64,000 nt of DNA, from positions 91,046 to 155,045 of IMG/VR virus record IMGVR_UViG_3300042565_001021; one strand, 5' to 3'. Positions 1 to 9,292 of this stretch are shown here, one piece after another (position 1 is the first letter of the stretch; every line of letters starts with the position of its first letter). The notes under the pieces are model-generated. The model was not told the origin of the DNA. It made no database searches and saw only the letters and a program-made list of their open reading frames with translations. The stretch is from a virus. Both the position numbers and the translations under genes were made by a program.

Positions 1-559
1 TCTTAAGCCATGTAAATCCTTCAGGAGTTAACCCTTCATTTTTTGAGATTTGTATTTTTACTACAGCTTTAAGACGATGTGTTACGCAGCCAATTAATGC
101 AGTAACATAACCGGGACCATTAACAAAGTTCCTAATTCCTTTTAACTCATTTCCTTTTAGTATTACTAGTGCATCAATACTGTCATCACCAATGAACGAG
201 TAGACATCTTGATCATTTATATTACAGTGATATACATCTTTACCATCTAAACTATTTACAATTTGAGATTTAGTAATTATTTGATTTTTCATATCTTGAG
301 TTATATCTAATGCAGAATGGGCGTAGTCAATTTCAGTTAACCCTTCTTCGTTTGTCATCAACTTTTTAACACGCGGCTTGAATAGCTGGACATCTCCCTT
401 ATCGGTCTTTAACACTGGCTGATTGTGCTTATCCTTCTTAAAGCCTTTGATCTCGGCAGGGCTGTTCTTAAATTTACCCTTCATTACAACATCCCCGGTT
501 TCCAATTCCGGAGGTTGGTAGGTTTCTGCACCTTCTACAATAAACTCGTTTGCTCTCAT
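1..559 (-). CDS. Hypothetical protein with capsid-targeting-like N-terminus, runs off the left edge (not in ORF track)
   Basis: ATG at 559 overlaps the stop of 556..966; reads MRANEFIVEGAETYQPPE...LMTNEEGLTEIDY... with no stop before the window edge. Confidence 0.8.
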   Translation of the reverse strand, partial: MRANEFIVEGAETYQPPELETGDVVMKGKFKNSPAEIKGFKKDKHNQPVLKTDKGDVQLFKPRVKKLMTNEEGLTEIDYAHSALDITQDMKNQIITKSQIVNSLDGKDVYHCNINDQDVYSFIGDDSIDALVILKGNELKGIRNFVNGPGYVTALIGCVTHRLKAVVKIQISKNEGLTPEGFTWLK

Positions 560-966
560 TCTTTGTTGCCACCTTTATATAGATCAGCAATACCTTTGCC
601 AAAGTCATTTCCGTTGTATATACGCATAGACGATGGGATAATATCGTTGCCTAACTCTTTAGCAAAGACATACATCTCTTTCGCAATACCTTGTCGGCGA
701 TACTCTGGCTTTACTTCGACGAATACTGCTTCTAAGTTGTTGTCTGTCACTTTGTATGTTACGTTGCCTACTTTGTTGCCTTTAGCAGTGAAGGCGTCAA
801 TGTGAAAGTTTTCGCTTGTATTAATCTTCTTAGTTGGCGAATACGGTAGCGGGCCGTGGTATGCTTTAAGCATATACTTGCCGCCGAGTATCTCTTTCGT
901 CTTTTCAAACCCGCGGCGGAATACTTGCGGGTTGATGCTGTCAGTTATGAACTCAGATGATTTCAT
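556..966 (-). CDS. GNAT-like acetyltransferase with MKSSEFITD N-terminus
   Basis: Acetyl-CoA motif A-like VEVKPEYRRQGIAKEMY. Confidence 0.7.
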   Translation of the reverse strand: MKSSEFITDSINPQVFRRGFEKTKEILGGKYMLKAYHGPLPYSPTKKINTSENFHIDAFTAKGNKVGNVTYKVTDNNLEAVFVEVKPEYRRQGIAKEMYVFAKELGNDIIPSSMRIYNGNDFGKGIADLYKGGNKE

Positions 967-1403
967 TGCACTCCTTTAATTACTAATCGCCAATCACTAA
1001 ATTTTAATCGCAACACAGTTAAGAACTGATCTTTATCTGACTCAGTCTGAAATAGTAAAGTGTTACTAAGCTTATCCCCACTAACTCGCTCACCGTCCGG
1101 AAATCGATATATCTGTCCTAAGTATTCAAAATAAAACATGTCAGTTTGATGATCTTGTAATACTACTGGACCAGAAAAGTGTTTCACTGATAATAATTTA
1201 CCAAGAGGAATAACAAGAAAACTAACTGGAGAAACCTTTGCCCCGATCTGCGGTGTAACTTGTTGCTGTTGAGCCAAGAAACTTTGAAGAATCTTAAAAT
1301 CATCATTATCCTCAAATAACTCAGGACGATCTAATAGCATAATACGGACATCCTCGTATTGCTCATCTAACACATCAATATAAGAGAACTCAGAGGATTT
1401 CAT
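963..1403 (-). CDS. Hypothetical protein (MKSSEF N-terminus)
   Basis: Overlap-coupled in operon; shared N-terminal motif. Confidence 0.7.
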   Translation of the reverse strand: MKSSEFSYIDVLDEQYEDVRIMLLDRPELFEDNDDFKILQSFLAQQQQVTPQIGAKVSPVSFLVIPLGKLLSVKHFSGPVVLQDHQTDMFYFEYLGQIYRFPDGERVSGDKLSNTLLFQTESDKDQFLTVLRLKFSDWRLVIKGVQ

Positions 1404-1825
1404 ATTTGCTGTAACACCGGAATTGATGTTAACCCTAATTCAATAGCTCGTTGCACACGGTGATTTCCGTCTATTATAAAACCATCTTTAGCTAATACCG
1501 GTGGAGTTTGAGTTAAACTTTGATAAGTAACATTTCTGGCGCGAGCCTGGTCCATTTTAAATGGATCAGAGTTAATAATATCCGTCCCTGCTTCTTGATC
1601 GCTAAACGTTCTATATCGAGATGCTTCGTCAGAACTAATATTTGTTAATTTATATTTGTGCTTAGAGATATACGTCCTATCACCTGCACCCAAATACATG
1701 TGCTCATCTAAATAATCTGCTACTACACTTCCGCGCACTATGTCACCAGGTTTGCCCCAAGCAAAGCCAACAACTCGCTTAATAAAGTCGATCAACCCCT
1801 CAGTTATGAATTCTGTCGACTTCAT
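1400..1825 (-). CDS. ParB/Srx-like domain protein (MKSTEFITE N-terminus)
   Basis: PPVL..DG.IIDGNHR...A.ELG...IPV motif; start moved to ATG 1825. Confidence 0.7.
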   Translation of the reverse strand: MKSTEFITEGLIDFIKRVVGFAWGKPGDIVRGSVVADYLDEHMYLGAGDRTYISKHKYKLTNISSDEASRYRTFSDQEAGTDIINSDPFKMDQARARNVTYQSLTQTPPVLAKDGFIIDGNHRVQRAIELGLTSIPVLQQI

Positions 1826-2235
1826 TATCTCTTCCGTGTGCAAGCAGGGTGTGAACCGTCACTCAATGATTTGCGGATTGCTTCGGAGTAGCGTGTCCAT
1901 TTCGTTAGCTCTGCGTCGCTCAGTTCCATAAAGCGATTGTCCATCTCTACCCAGGCTTTTTCAATATCCGTTAATGGTTTGTTATACTGGTATTCGTGCT
2001 CGCGGATCTTATCTTCAGCGTTGATTGCTGCTGCGCGATGCTGTACAATACACTTCTTCGCTGCTTCGCTTGCTGCACCAGAATCAAAACGGTTCTTACC
2101 TTCAAAGCGTCCAATCTCTTTGCCATCAGCAGTAGCTACGAAGGTGTTCGTTAAATCACCATCCTCGTCTTGGAGGCGGGTAATCTCATACTTTACCTTG
2201 CGAGCATCTTCTTTTAGGAATTCTTTGCTTAACAT
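1825..2235 (-). CDS. Hypothetical protein (MLSKEFLKE N-terminus)
   Basis: Coupled ORF with shared N-terminal motif. Confidence 0.7.
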   Translation of the reverse strand: MLSKEFLKEDARKVKYEITRLQDEDGDLTNTFVATADGKEIGRFEGKNRFDSGAASEAAKKCIVQHRAAAINAEDKIREHEYQYNKPLTDIEKAWVEMDNRFMELSDAELTKWTRYSEAIRKSLSDGSHPACTRKR

Positions 2236-2927
2236 TAAACGGTTTCTCCCCAGGCAGTCATTAAGTTAACCACCATGCTGTCATTGTTTGGTCCATACAA
2301 AGGGAGTAAATAAAAAGACTCAGCGTGTAGCATAACTTCGTTTTTACTTCTGACTGCTTCTTTAACTGCGCCGACTTGATAGTCCCCGTCATCAAGCATC
2401 CATTTAATGGCCCCTATTAGGTTACGGTTGTTAGTATCTCCAACCCAATAACTCTTGCTAAATCCCGCTGCGGCAACTACCTCGCTAGGATAATGGTTAA
2501 ACAAGAACATGTCGAGATGCTCAGTAAGGTCAGATATCTCGGGCGACCAACAAGCAGTAAATTCTCCTCTTGGAATGACTAATAAAGGATTGCCGTAGTC
2601 TCTAGCCATACCTTGAGATCCGGTCGCAAACAAAGCATTACTTCTGAACTTTATGCCAGTCGTTTCCTCGAAATATGCGTCGGCAATCTGATGAATAGCA
2701 AGGGGAGTATCTTTTGGCTTTCTGTTGACCGGGCACATGAGCACAGTGACTTGGTCAACACCCCTTCTTCCGTGATATAAGTCGTGCCTGTATAAGTCAA
2801 AGTCGATGGACTTTAGGTAAGGTTGACACTCGCTTTTTAGTACCTCAGCAAAACGGCGGAATTCCGGGGAGATAACAATTTCTTTCCCGGCTACAGTTAC
2901 TTCAGTTATAAATTCAGAGCTTTTCAC
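2235..2927 (-). CDS. Putative ADP-ribosyltransferase-like internal head protein (paralogue of 46493..47188 and 47205..47849)
   Basis: LYHG...R.PKDTP...FRSN..FAT...YG...CWSP..SDL...NEVM pattern shared by three genes; ART fold is inference. Confidence 0.45.
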   Translation of the reverse strand: MKSSEFITEVTVAGKEIVISPEFRRFAEVLKSECQPYLKSIDFDLYRHDLYHGRRGVDQVTVLMCPVNRKPKDTPLAIHQIADAYFEETTGIKFRSNALFATGSQGMARDYGNPLLVIPRGEFTACWSPEISDLTEHLDMFLFNHYPSEVVAAAGFSKSYWVGDTNNRNLIGAIKWMLDDGDYQVGAVKEAVRSKNEVMLHAESFYLLPLYGPNNDSMVVNLMTAWGETV

Positions 2928-2958
2928 TACTCGACATCCTTGGACATCGAGTATTTAT
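2928..2958 (-). promoter_or_regulatory. Late promoter ATAAATA overlapping an RBS-sequestering hairpin
   Basis: Minus strand ATAAATActcgatgtccaaggatgtcgagtaGTG; TACTCGA/TCGAGTA stem. Confidence 0.6.
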
Positions 2959-2962
2959 CTGT

Positions 2963-3550
2963 TTAGCGTCGAGTAATGATTTCGTCCACTAAGCCAAAGT
3001 CCAGGGCTTCTTGTGCGGACATGAAATTATCACGCTCCATGGCAGCAGCAAATTCGTCAAACGTCTTGCCTTTGCTATTGTGATCAACGTAGATCTGCGT
3101 AAGAACCTTCTTCATTTTGAGGATTTCTTCGACCTGAATAAGCATGTCCGTTGCTTGACCACGTGCACCACCGCTAGGTTGGTGAATCATGTGTCGTGCA
3201 TACGGGAGGATCATGCGCTTACCTTTCGCGCCTGCTTGAGCAAGCAACGAACCCATGCTACAGGCCTGACCCATTACGATAGTGCGAACGTCACACTTTA
3301 CGAATTGCATGGTATCGTAGATGGCCATACCTGCCGTTACGATGCCGCCCGGGGAGTTGATGTAAAAGATAATCTCTTTGTCTGCATCTTCTGCTTCAAG
3401 GAACAACATTTGCGCTACGACTACGCTAGACGACACCTCGTTTACGTCATCGTGAAGCATAACGATACGGTCTTTAAGCAAGCGACTGTAGATATCGTAG
3501 CTACGTTCGCCTTTAGCGGTTTGCTCGACTACCATTGGAATAAGGGACAC
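2963..3550 (-). CDS. clpP: ATP-dependent Clp protease proteolytic subunit
   Basis: [30 protein letters not shown] (catalytic Ser), MIHQP (His), [18 protein letters not shown]. Confidence 0.97.
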   Translation of the reverse strand: MSLIPMVVEQTAKGERSYDIYSRLLKDRIVMLHDDVNEVSSSVVVAQMLFLEAEDADKEIIFYINSPGGIVTAGMAIYDTMQFVKCDVRTIVMGQACSMGSLLAQAGAKGKRMILPYARHMIHQPSGGARGQATDMLIQVEEILKMKKVLTQIYVDHNSKGKTFDEFAAAMERDNFMSAQEALDFGLVDEIITRR

Positions 3551-3617
3551 GGGTTACCTTTCAAATTGTTAAGTTATATACTAACATAACTGAATAGCAA
3601 AGGTCAATCTGTTTGGC

Positions 3618-3702
3618 ATAAATAAAAGTGCAGTTCGCGATGTTGAAGCATCCAACTGCCCTAGACTAACCAGGAGGCTATATGTCCAGCAATAATACTT
3701 AT
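3618..3702 (+). ncRNA. Conserved structured leader of endonuclease gene (copy 1)
   Basis: ATAAATA-AAAGT-GCAGTT-CGC-GATG-ttgaag-CATC-C-AACTGC...AGGAGG...ATG...TACTTAT. Confidence 0.65.
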
Positions 3703-4230
3703 TACGTTTACGCATATCTGCGCAATAAAGACTCAAAAACTGCTAAAGCAGGAACACCTTATTATATTGGCAAAGGATCAGGACGACGCGCCTGGGTAAC
3801 CCATAAACATAAGACCCCGGTGCCGAAAGATAAAACGTTTATTGTTCTACTTGAACAGAATTTAACTGAAGTCGGAGCATTAGCCTTAGAGAGGAGAATG
3901 ATTGCTTGGCATGGAAGAAAAGATTTAGGAACAGGCATTCTATTAAATAGAACAGACGGAGGAGACGGTTGTAGCGGAGTTATTATGTCTGAATTAACTA
4001 AAGAAAAACGTAATGCTGCGCAAAGAGGAAAGAAGTTGTCAGAAGAACATAAGAGAAAAATATCTGTCGGTTCAAAATCAAGACCGCCTATATCCGAAGA
4101 AACGAGAGAAAAATTTAGGCTACGAAACAAAAACCGGGCGCCGATGACAGCTGAAGAGAGGGTAAAATTATCAATTGCAGTAACGCAGTCATGGGCAAGA
4201 AGAAAATTACTTAAATCTTCTGCCGCTTAA
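3682..4230 (+). CDS. Free-standing GIY-YIG-like homing endonuclease with NUMOD3 repeats
   Basis: YYVYAY...PYYIGKG..RR, LNRTDGGDG, basic SEEHKRKIS/SEETREK repeats; antisense to neighbours, AT-rich. Confidence 0.85.
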   Translation: MSSNNTYYVYAYLRNKDSKTAKAGTPYYIGKGSGRRAWVTHKHKTPVPKDKTFIVLLEQNLTEVGALALERRMIAWHGRKDLGTGILLNRTDGGDGCSGVIMSELTKEKRNAAQRGKKLSEEHKRKISVGSKSRPPISEETREKFRLRNKNRAPMTAEERVKLSIAVTQSWARRKLLKSSAA

Positions 4231-4675
4231 TCCATTTGATTTCATCATATGTTGTTTTCAACGGAATACCAAAGCTTGCTAATTTCTTTCGAAATATGAA
4301 AAACGAAGGACCATGACTTAAGAGCGGAGCCCTACCTGAAGTTATTCTATCGGCGCCAAGGACCGACCATTGGTATTGATGGCACATTTCATGCGCTAGG
4401 ATCATTATCATCCATTGAATACAGAAGAACCTGTAATTTAGCTTTATCTTCGTGTAATGCTTCGGCTCAGAAAAGCCTATACACATTCCCCACACGTTTA
4501 GGTTGCGTAGGTTGATGCTTGGGTGTTTTAACTTACCGTCGAATATATGGGTATTTAATAGATCGTATGCTTGGTGCACATCTTCTATTTTAGGCTGATA
4601 CTTCTTCTTCCGCTGATAACGCTTACTAGGCAACGGAATCTTCATTAGTTCGATAAGGGAAGTAGAAGGAAGCAC
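4211..4675 (-). CDS. SprT-like zinc metalloprotease
   Basis: LAHEMCH zincin motif plus HGPSF. Confidence 0.75.
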   Translation of the reverse strand: MLPSTSLIELMKIPLPSKRYQRKKKYQPKIEDVHQAYDLLNTHIFDGKLKHPSINLRNLNVWGMCIGFSEPKHYTKIKLNYRFFCIQWMIMILAHEMCHQYQWSVLGADRITSGRAPLLSHGPSFFIFRKKLASFGIPLKTTYDEIKWIKRQKI

Positions 4676-4713
4676 ATGTTATTTAGTGCTTCGCTTCTAC
4701 TATTTTGGAGTGG

Positions 4714-5166
4714 TTAATTCCAGATTTTTACTTGGTGCTTACACAGCAGACCGGTTGTGTCCGGAGTAACGTCAATCAATAACCCGGCCTCTTGGATTAC
4801 ATACGTTCCGTTGGACAGCTCAAGAAACTTGTACTTATCCAGCATATACCAGCCTGCGTCGTACCGCCCTTCGACAGGCGTATGCGCTGCAATATTGACG
4901 AAGTAGTTATTGGTCTTCTTGTCGTGGCAGGCGTCGGTAATTTCCCAGGTCCGAAGGAGAGCGTCGATGCATCGTCCGGTAACATCTTCGTAACTTGCGG
5001 CTGGTGCTGTGGCTACTTGTTCAACGGTTGCGACCTTTGGATCTTCTTTCTGAAGTTCAGACGCAAGCCAAAACCCTCCAGCAGTCACTGCGGCCGATAC
5101 TGCAAAGACCGCAACTATTGTCAGTCCAATTCGGATTTTTCGGAAGTGTTCAGGGGGTATCATCAT
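4714..5166 (-). CDS. Hypothetical membrane-anchored protein
   Basis: N-terminal hydrophobic segment. Confidence 0.6.
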   Translation of the reverse strand: MMIPPEHFRKIRIGLTIVAVFAVSAAVTAGGFWLASELQKEDPKVATVEQVATAPAASYEDVTGRCIDALLRTWEITDACHDKKTNNYFVNIAAHTPVEGRYDAGWYMLDKYKFLELSNGTYVIQEAGLLIDVTPDTTGLLCKHQVKIWN

Positions 5167-5273
5167 TTGGTGGTTTCCTTTTGACAGCTTCTGCTACAAG
5201 AGAGACAACCGTCGGCGCCATAAGAAGCACACCGATCAGTATCCCGAGAAGCATAGCATTTTGTTCAGTGAGT

Positions 5274-5492
5274 TCACACATCGTCGTCACTTCTTTCCAC
5301 AATGAAGTTTGCGGTGGTTTGGACGATGTAATCAACTTCTTCGAACTCCACGTCTGGACGCTTGGAAAGCACGAATGCCTTCCTGGCATCACGAGTGGCG
5401 CGATCAAGGAAGACTTCGCACGGAGTGTAAAACACGCTCCAGCCCTCCCTGCTACCGTCGTCCTCGTCGTAATACAACAGGAAGACGTCCAT
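5274..5492 (-). CDS. Hypothetical early protein
   Basis: Compact ORF in packed minus-strand run. Confidence 0.6.
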   Translation of the reverse strand: MDVFLLYYDEDDGSREGWSVFYTPCEVFLDRATRDARKAFVLSKRPDVEFEEVDYIVQTTANFIVERSDDDV

Positions 5493-5495
5493 TGA

Positions 5496-5693
5496 TTACC
5501 CCTTTACCTTGTAAGGCACGGAGGTCTTCACGACCTGCTTGATGGCTTCAAGCGCCATCTCGTACGAGGCAGCGGGCACCTCGGCAATCACATACGACGC
5601 AGCTTTCTGCGTGTTGTATTGCAGTTCATAAACGGCCTTGGTAGCGGCCACCGTTACTGCTTCGTTCAAAACTACTGCTTGGGCTTTTGCCAT
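5496..5693 (-). CDS. Hypothetical early protein
   Basis: AGGAG RBS upstream. Confidence 0.65.
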   Translation of the reverse strand: MAKAQAVVLNEAVTVAATKAVYELQYNTQKAASYVIAEVPAASYEMALEAIKQVVKTSVPYKVKG

Positions 5694-5730
5694 TTTTACT
5701 ACTCCTTATTGTGCTACGGTTGAAAAACTT

Positions 5731-5991
5731 TTAGCCTTGATCCTTTTGTGCGTTAGGTTTAAGTTGCGGCTCCATTTTGATGTCGAGCTCGCGGATAGTT
5801 TCGCTTGGAAGCCAAATGCCACTCGGCACTTTTACCTGACACCCTTGCATCGGTCCCCAGCGCACAGGCAGTCCGCTGTCTTCCCACTTGCTTTGGCATT
5901 CCCACTTGGCCATTCCGTACACAAACAGGATCATAGCAGGCAGTAGAAGAATTAAAAGAATGAGCCACACGTCGCCTTTTTGCTTTTTCAT
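5731..5991 (-). CDS. Hypothetical membrane protein
   Basis: KQKG plus hydrophobic helix; GGAGG RBS. Confidence 0.65.
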   Translation of the reverse strand: MKKQKGDVWLILLILLLPAMILFVYGMAKWECQSKWEDSGLPVRWGPMQGCQVKVPSGIWLPSETIRELDIKMEPQLKPNAQKDQG

Positions 5992-6308
5992 TTGTCCTCC
6001 ACTGTGGTTAAAACTGCTCTGTCGTCTTCGACAGTTATTTCGTAGGTGTAGTCACCTTCGTCGCTCGGATGGCACAGGTAAATGTCGCCAGCGCCTTCTT
6101 TGAAGTTAGCAATCACTTGCGCGGCCAAGCAGTCCAGACCGTTAGCAAACTCGCCATCGGGCATCGTCATAGGAATTCCTTGGCCGATTGTGAAATACTT
6201 GAGATAATTTTCTAGTGTTTCTTTGAAGTCGGCTCCGTCGCAATGCTTGTAGAAAGCATACAGCGGTTTTCCTGCTTCGACAAAGCGGACCACGCAGCAG
6301 GTGCTCAT
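5988..6308 (-). CDS. Hypothetical phage protein (YxHxDG family)
   Basis: Likely start MSTCCVV; FYKHCDG...NGLDCLAAQVIA..K. Confidence 0.65.
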   Translation of the reverse strand: MSTCCVVRFVEAGKPLYAFYKHCDGADFKETLENYLKYFTIGQGIPMTMPDGEFANGLDCLAAQVIANFKEGAGDIYLCHPSDEGDYTYEITVEDDRAVLTTVEDK

Positions 6309-6309
6309 G

Positions 6310-6438
6310 CTATTCGATCCCTCGTTGTGCGTTGTGCTTCTGACGTGCGCGAGTCGCAAACTTGCCGCGCTTGACTTTGTGCTGGCCAGCGCCGCAGGTC
6401 TTTGCGTTCTTTGCGACGAAATTGCGTTGCTTAATCAT
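6310..6438 (-). CDS. Small basic protein
   Basis: MIKQRNFVAKNAKTCGAGQHKVKRGKFATRARQKHNAQRGIE. Confidence 0.55.
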   Translation of the reverse strand: MIKQRNFVAKNAKTCGAGQHKVKRGKFATRARQKHNAQRGIE

Positions 6439-6454
6439 TTTTGTCTTCTTCACT

Positions 6455-6652
6455 TTAGTCTTTGTCGGGGACGGTTTCCGCCATAACTCTTGCCTACTGC
6501 CCAGGTGCGTATACTGTACGCTGAGGTCCTGCGTCGCTGTCGATCCCGTACAGGATGTTAAGAACCCCGTAATCAGTGTTGATGTCGTCAACGTTCTCAA
6601 TGACGTCGTAGCGAGCATCGTGCGGCTTTGAGATTCTAACTGTGGTCGCCAA
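6455..6652 (-). pseudogene. Small ORF possibly interrupted by TAG (6494-6496)
   Basis: TTG start MATTVRISKPHDARYDV...VYAPGQ*ARVMAETVPDKD-TAA fills the gap between genes exactly. Confidence 0.4.
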
Positions 6653-6865
6653 TTACTTCACCTTTACCACGTAACCGTTTTCGATAGTGGCCTCGGCGTA
6701 CCAGCTGTGGGCCTGCGGATAGTGCGGCCCTTCCAGGCATACTGTGCCTTGCTTGGGTTCGTTGCCGCCGAATGGCCCTGGTTGATAGATGCGGACCTTC
6801 TCGCCTGCGGCAACAGCTTCCTTCAGCGCCTTCTTCGTTTTGAAATTCGTTGTCGTGTACATATT
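6653..6865 (-). CDS. Hypothetical early protein
   Basis: MYTTTNFKTKKALKEAVAAG...EGPHYP.AH.WYA; likely start near 6862. Confidence 0.7.
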   Translation of the reverse strand, partial: NMYTTTNFKTKKALKEAVAAGEKVRIYQPGPFGGNEPKQGTVCLEGPHYPQAHSWYAEATIENGYVVKVK

Positions 6866-7155
6866 TACATGCTCCAGTAAAGGTTGGTCGAAGGATCGCA
6901 AGGACCGCCTTGATCAGACCTGCGGATGAGCACCGGCTTGCCGCTCATCATGTTTGTCACTGTGACCAGCGGATCGTGTTTCATCGAAAAGTCTTCGTAG
7001 GTCATCACAACCCACTGCGCGGTGTTGCCGTATTCCTTGTTCAAACGTGCCGCTACGCCTTTCGCGCCGCGTTCGGTGTCGTAGGAGGCCGAACCGTATT
7101 TGCCGGGCTTGCGGTAAAGTCGCTCAGTTCCGACATTCATTATCACGTAACTCAT
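6865..7155 (-). CDS. Hypothetical early protein
   Basis: Start MSYVIM follows a promoter/RBS cassette; ends CDPSTNLYWSM. Confidence 0.7.
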   Translation of the reverse strand: MSYVIMNVGTERLYRKPGKYGSASYDTERGAKGVAARLNKEYGNTAQWVVMTYEDFSMKHDPLVTVTNMMSGKPVLIRRSDQGGPCDPSTNLYWSM

Positions 7156-7215
7156 TTGTTGCTCCGTTTTGTTAGCGTATGAGCGTATTATACAGCCATT
7201 TCGCTCAAAGGTCAA
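7156..7215 (-). promoter_or_regulatory. Early sigma70 promoter-RBS cassette
   Basis: TTGACC-17nt-TATAAT-acgctcatacgctaacaaaacGGAGcaacaaATG. Confidence 0.85.
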
Positions 7216-7218
7216 CCA

Positions 7219-7407
7219 TTATTTGCAAGTAGCAACCTTGCCGTCGGGCATGTATTTTACAGTGACACCAGACGTGAATTGGAGATACAGAACGCCATCC
7301 ACGCATGTCTGCGTTCCGCCGCCAGTTATAGCGGAGATATTGCGATCAACGACGCCGCAGGCAGACAGTGACAGGACAGCAGCAAGGATAAGGAGTGTGG
7401 TTTTCAT
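7219..7407 (-). CDS. Small lipoprotein
   Basis: Lipobox LSAC after signal peptide. Confidence 0.7.
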   Translation of the reverse strand: MKTTLLILAAVLSLSACGVVDRNISAITGGGTQTCVDGVLYLQFTSGVTVKYMPDGKVATCK

Positions 7408-7419
7408 TTTGTTTCCTTT

Positions 7420-7797
7420 TTAGAGGTACATCATTTCTTCGGAGTTGCGCTTGGCAGTGGCCGCAGCGTCAAAGTCCCAGTTCCTCCAGCAAAACGCATT
7501 CAGGTCCAGCCTGTGCGTCCGTGCCATCCTGGAGCCCGGGTACGCAACAATGGTCACGCACTTCTCAGTGATTTTGGTGATCGTCCCGGTGTAGGACAAG
7601 TTGTAGGAATCGTATTCGGCTTCGTCGCCGACGCGCAGGGTGACGCCTTGCTTGATGCTGCCGTCTTTTTGCGCTTTGTGGATTGTGATGCTGTCGTAAC
7701 CGCCTTTGACGAACTTGCCAAAGTAAGCCTGGTATTCGGTGGGGGAAGCAGGATAAATCGTGCCGTGGAATTTGCGGGCTTTGGACATGACGATCAT
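7420..7797 (-). CDS. Hypothetical early protein
   Basis: Directly follows promoter/RBS cassette. Confidence 0.7.
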   Translation of the reverse strand: MIVMSKARKFHGTIYPASPTEYQAYFGKFVKGGYDSITIHKAQKDGSIKQGVTLRVGDEAEYDSYNLSYTGTITKITEKCVTIVAYPGSRMARTHRLDLNAFCWRNWDFDAAATAKRNSEEMMYL

Positions 7798-7889
7798 TTG
7801 CTTTTCTCCGTTACGTTATTCAATAAAGCTATTATACGCTCTTTTTAGGAAAAGTCAACCGAAATCTTAGGCGTTGTAAGTCATTGATT
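7798..7889 (-). promoter_or_regulatory. Early sigma70 promoter cassette with upstream 14-mer GTAAGTCATTGATT
   Basis: TTGACT-16nt-TATAAT-agctttattgaataacgtaacGGAG; 14-mer at 7876-7889. Confidence 0.8.
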
Positions 7890-8081
7890 ACCTTCGGGTT
7901 TTATGTCTTTAAGATTGACCCATTTGTCACCTATTAGTATCTCAATGTCTCCGTTTTGGTACAAACGGAACACTCCGAGGTCAGTGACGCGCTCAGTATA
8001 TGGCGGCGGAGTAGTCTGGTCTGGCATTGAAATATTTACGCCAGATTGCTGTAGAAAAAAGCTGAGCGTTAACTCAAAAGA

Positions 8082-8102
8082 AAAGCCCGTCAACCGGGCT
8101 TT
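8082..8102 (-). terminator. Intrinsic terminator
   Basis: AAAGCCCG/CGGGCTTT stem followed by a T-run on the minus strand. Confidence 0.65.
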
Positions 8103-8126
8103 CCTGTATTACTGCCTGTTAAAGCA

Positions 8127-8612
8127 TTAGGCTCCGCTGTAATCGATCGGAGGAGTAGCTGGTCCAGGAACCATAACAACAGTCTTAACGACCTTTGTTC
8201 CAGTTGAGTTAAACTTCTTGCCTGGTGGCACAAGAGCTTCGTCGAACGGGTAGAACGTCGAAGTTGCGTTATCTGTTGCTGCGCCTTCTTGTGTTCCGTT
8301 GTTGTAAGTCTTGCCGTCTTCCTTAAACATAACCTTTAGGTCATAAGCAGGATCGGTATTTGCGATGTCTCCGGTGTCGCCAACGCGGGACGGTGCTGCT
8401 GCCGCTGAGTCTAAAGCTACAACCTTAACGATTGTGGAATCGCCCAAATCTACAGTTGCACCTGCTGCAACAGTTACTTCGTCGAATGGGTAAAAAGTTG
8501 ATGTCGCGTTATCGACTGCTGTCCCTTCTTGAGTACCGTTGTTGTAGGTCTTGCCTTCGATCTTGAACATTACCTTTTCTGGTCCTGCGCTTCCATTTGT
8601 GTATGAGCTCAT
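8127..8612 (-). CDS. Late (probably virion) protein with internal duplication
   Basis: KVMFK..GKTYNNGTQEG.A.DNATSTFYPFDE occurs twice; own CTAAATA promoter, RBS and terminator. Confidence 0.75.
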   Translation of the reverse strand: MSSYTNGSAGPEKVMFKIEGKTYNNGTQEGTAVDNATSTFYPFDEVTVAAGATVDLGDSTIVKVVALDSAAAAPSRVGDTGDIANTDPAYDLKVMFKEDGKTYNNGTQEGAATDNATSTFYPFDEALVPPGKKFNSTGTKVVKTVVMVPGPATPPIDYSGA

Positions 8613-8721
8613 TTCTTAATTCTCCTATAGTTGTCTATTACGACATACAATTATTTAGTCTAAGTTAACAACAACTATTATTTTTCTACCTTTTTTGAGG
8701 AGAAATATGCGTATATTTTGA

Positions 8722-8916
8722 TTACAGCCATTTTAGCTTAAACATTAGGAATTCTGCTTCGGTTTTGAACGCAAAGTTTCGCATACCAACTCGCTTCCCA
8801 GATTGAGTAGCCGTACACCATTGTTCCATGTCATTCAATGTTGGCATTTGTGTATCGGAAGTGTCTATTTTAACCATGATGTAGTTTTCGGTGTATGCTA
8901 CTTCTTTAATTTTCAT
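8722..8916 (-). CDS. FxxExD..FxLxW family small protein
   Basis: Ends FKTEAEFLMFKLKWL. Confidence 0.75.
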   Translation of the reverse strand: MKIKEVAYTENYIMVKIDTSDTQMPTLNDMEQWCTATQSGKRVGMRNFAFKTEAEFLMFKLKWL

Positions 8917-9292
8917 TTTTGCCCGACCAAATTAAAGCAAACCATACAGCATCTTTTTCTTGCGTGAAGCTAAACGTAACAGGTGCCCATCCTACAGCCT
9001 TCCATGAGCGTTTGCTTTTGATGTTATGATAACACCAGTCAACCCGTGGGTCCACATCAGTTACATACTTTACCATTTTTGGCACTGTAATATGGTACTT
9101 CATTTTCTGCTCGGCCCAGGTCAGAGCAAACAAAACCGCGTCTGCTTCTTTATAGAACCAGAATCGCACTGGTTGATAACACGAGTAATCCCACTCGGCA
9201 TAGTTCATTCGTTCAAGACACCAATGGATGCGCGGGTCCTGAGCTTCTAATCGAGTATCTGGCAAATCTATCATGTGGGAACACCTCTTCAT
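8906..9292 (-). CDS. FxxExD..FxLxW family, two fused units
   Basis: FYKEADAVLFALTW and FTQEKDAVWFALIW; both units contain DPR..WC. Confidence 0.75.
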   Translation of the reverse strand: MKRCSHMIDLPDTRLEAQDPRIHWCLERMNYAEWDYSCYQPVRFWFYKEADAVLFALTWAEQKMKYHITVPKMVKYVTDVDPRVDWCYHNIKSKRSWKAVGWAPVTFSFTQEKDAVWFALIWSGKNEN

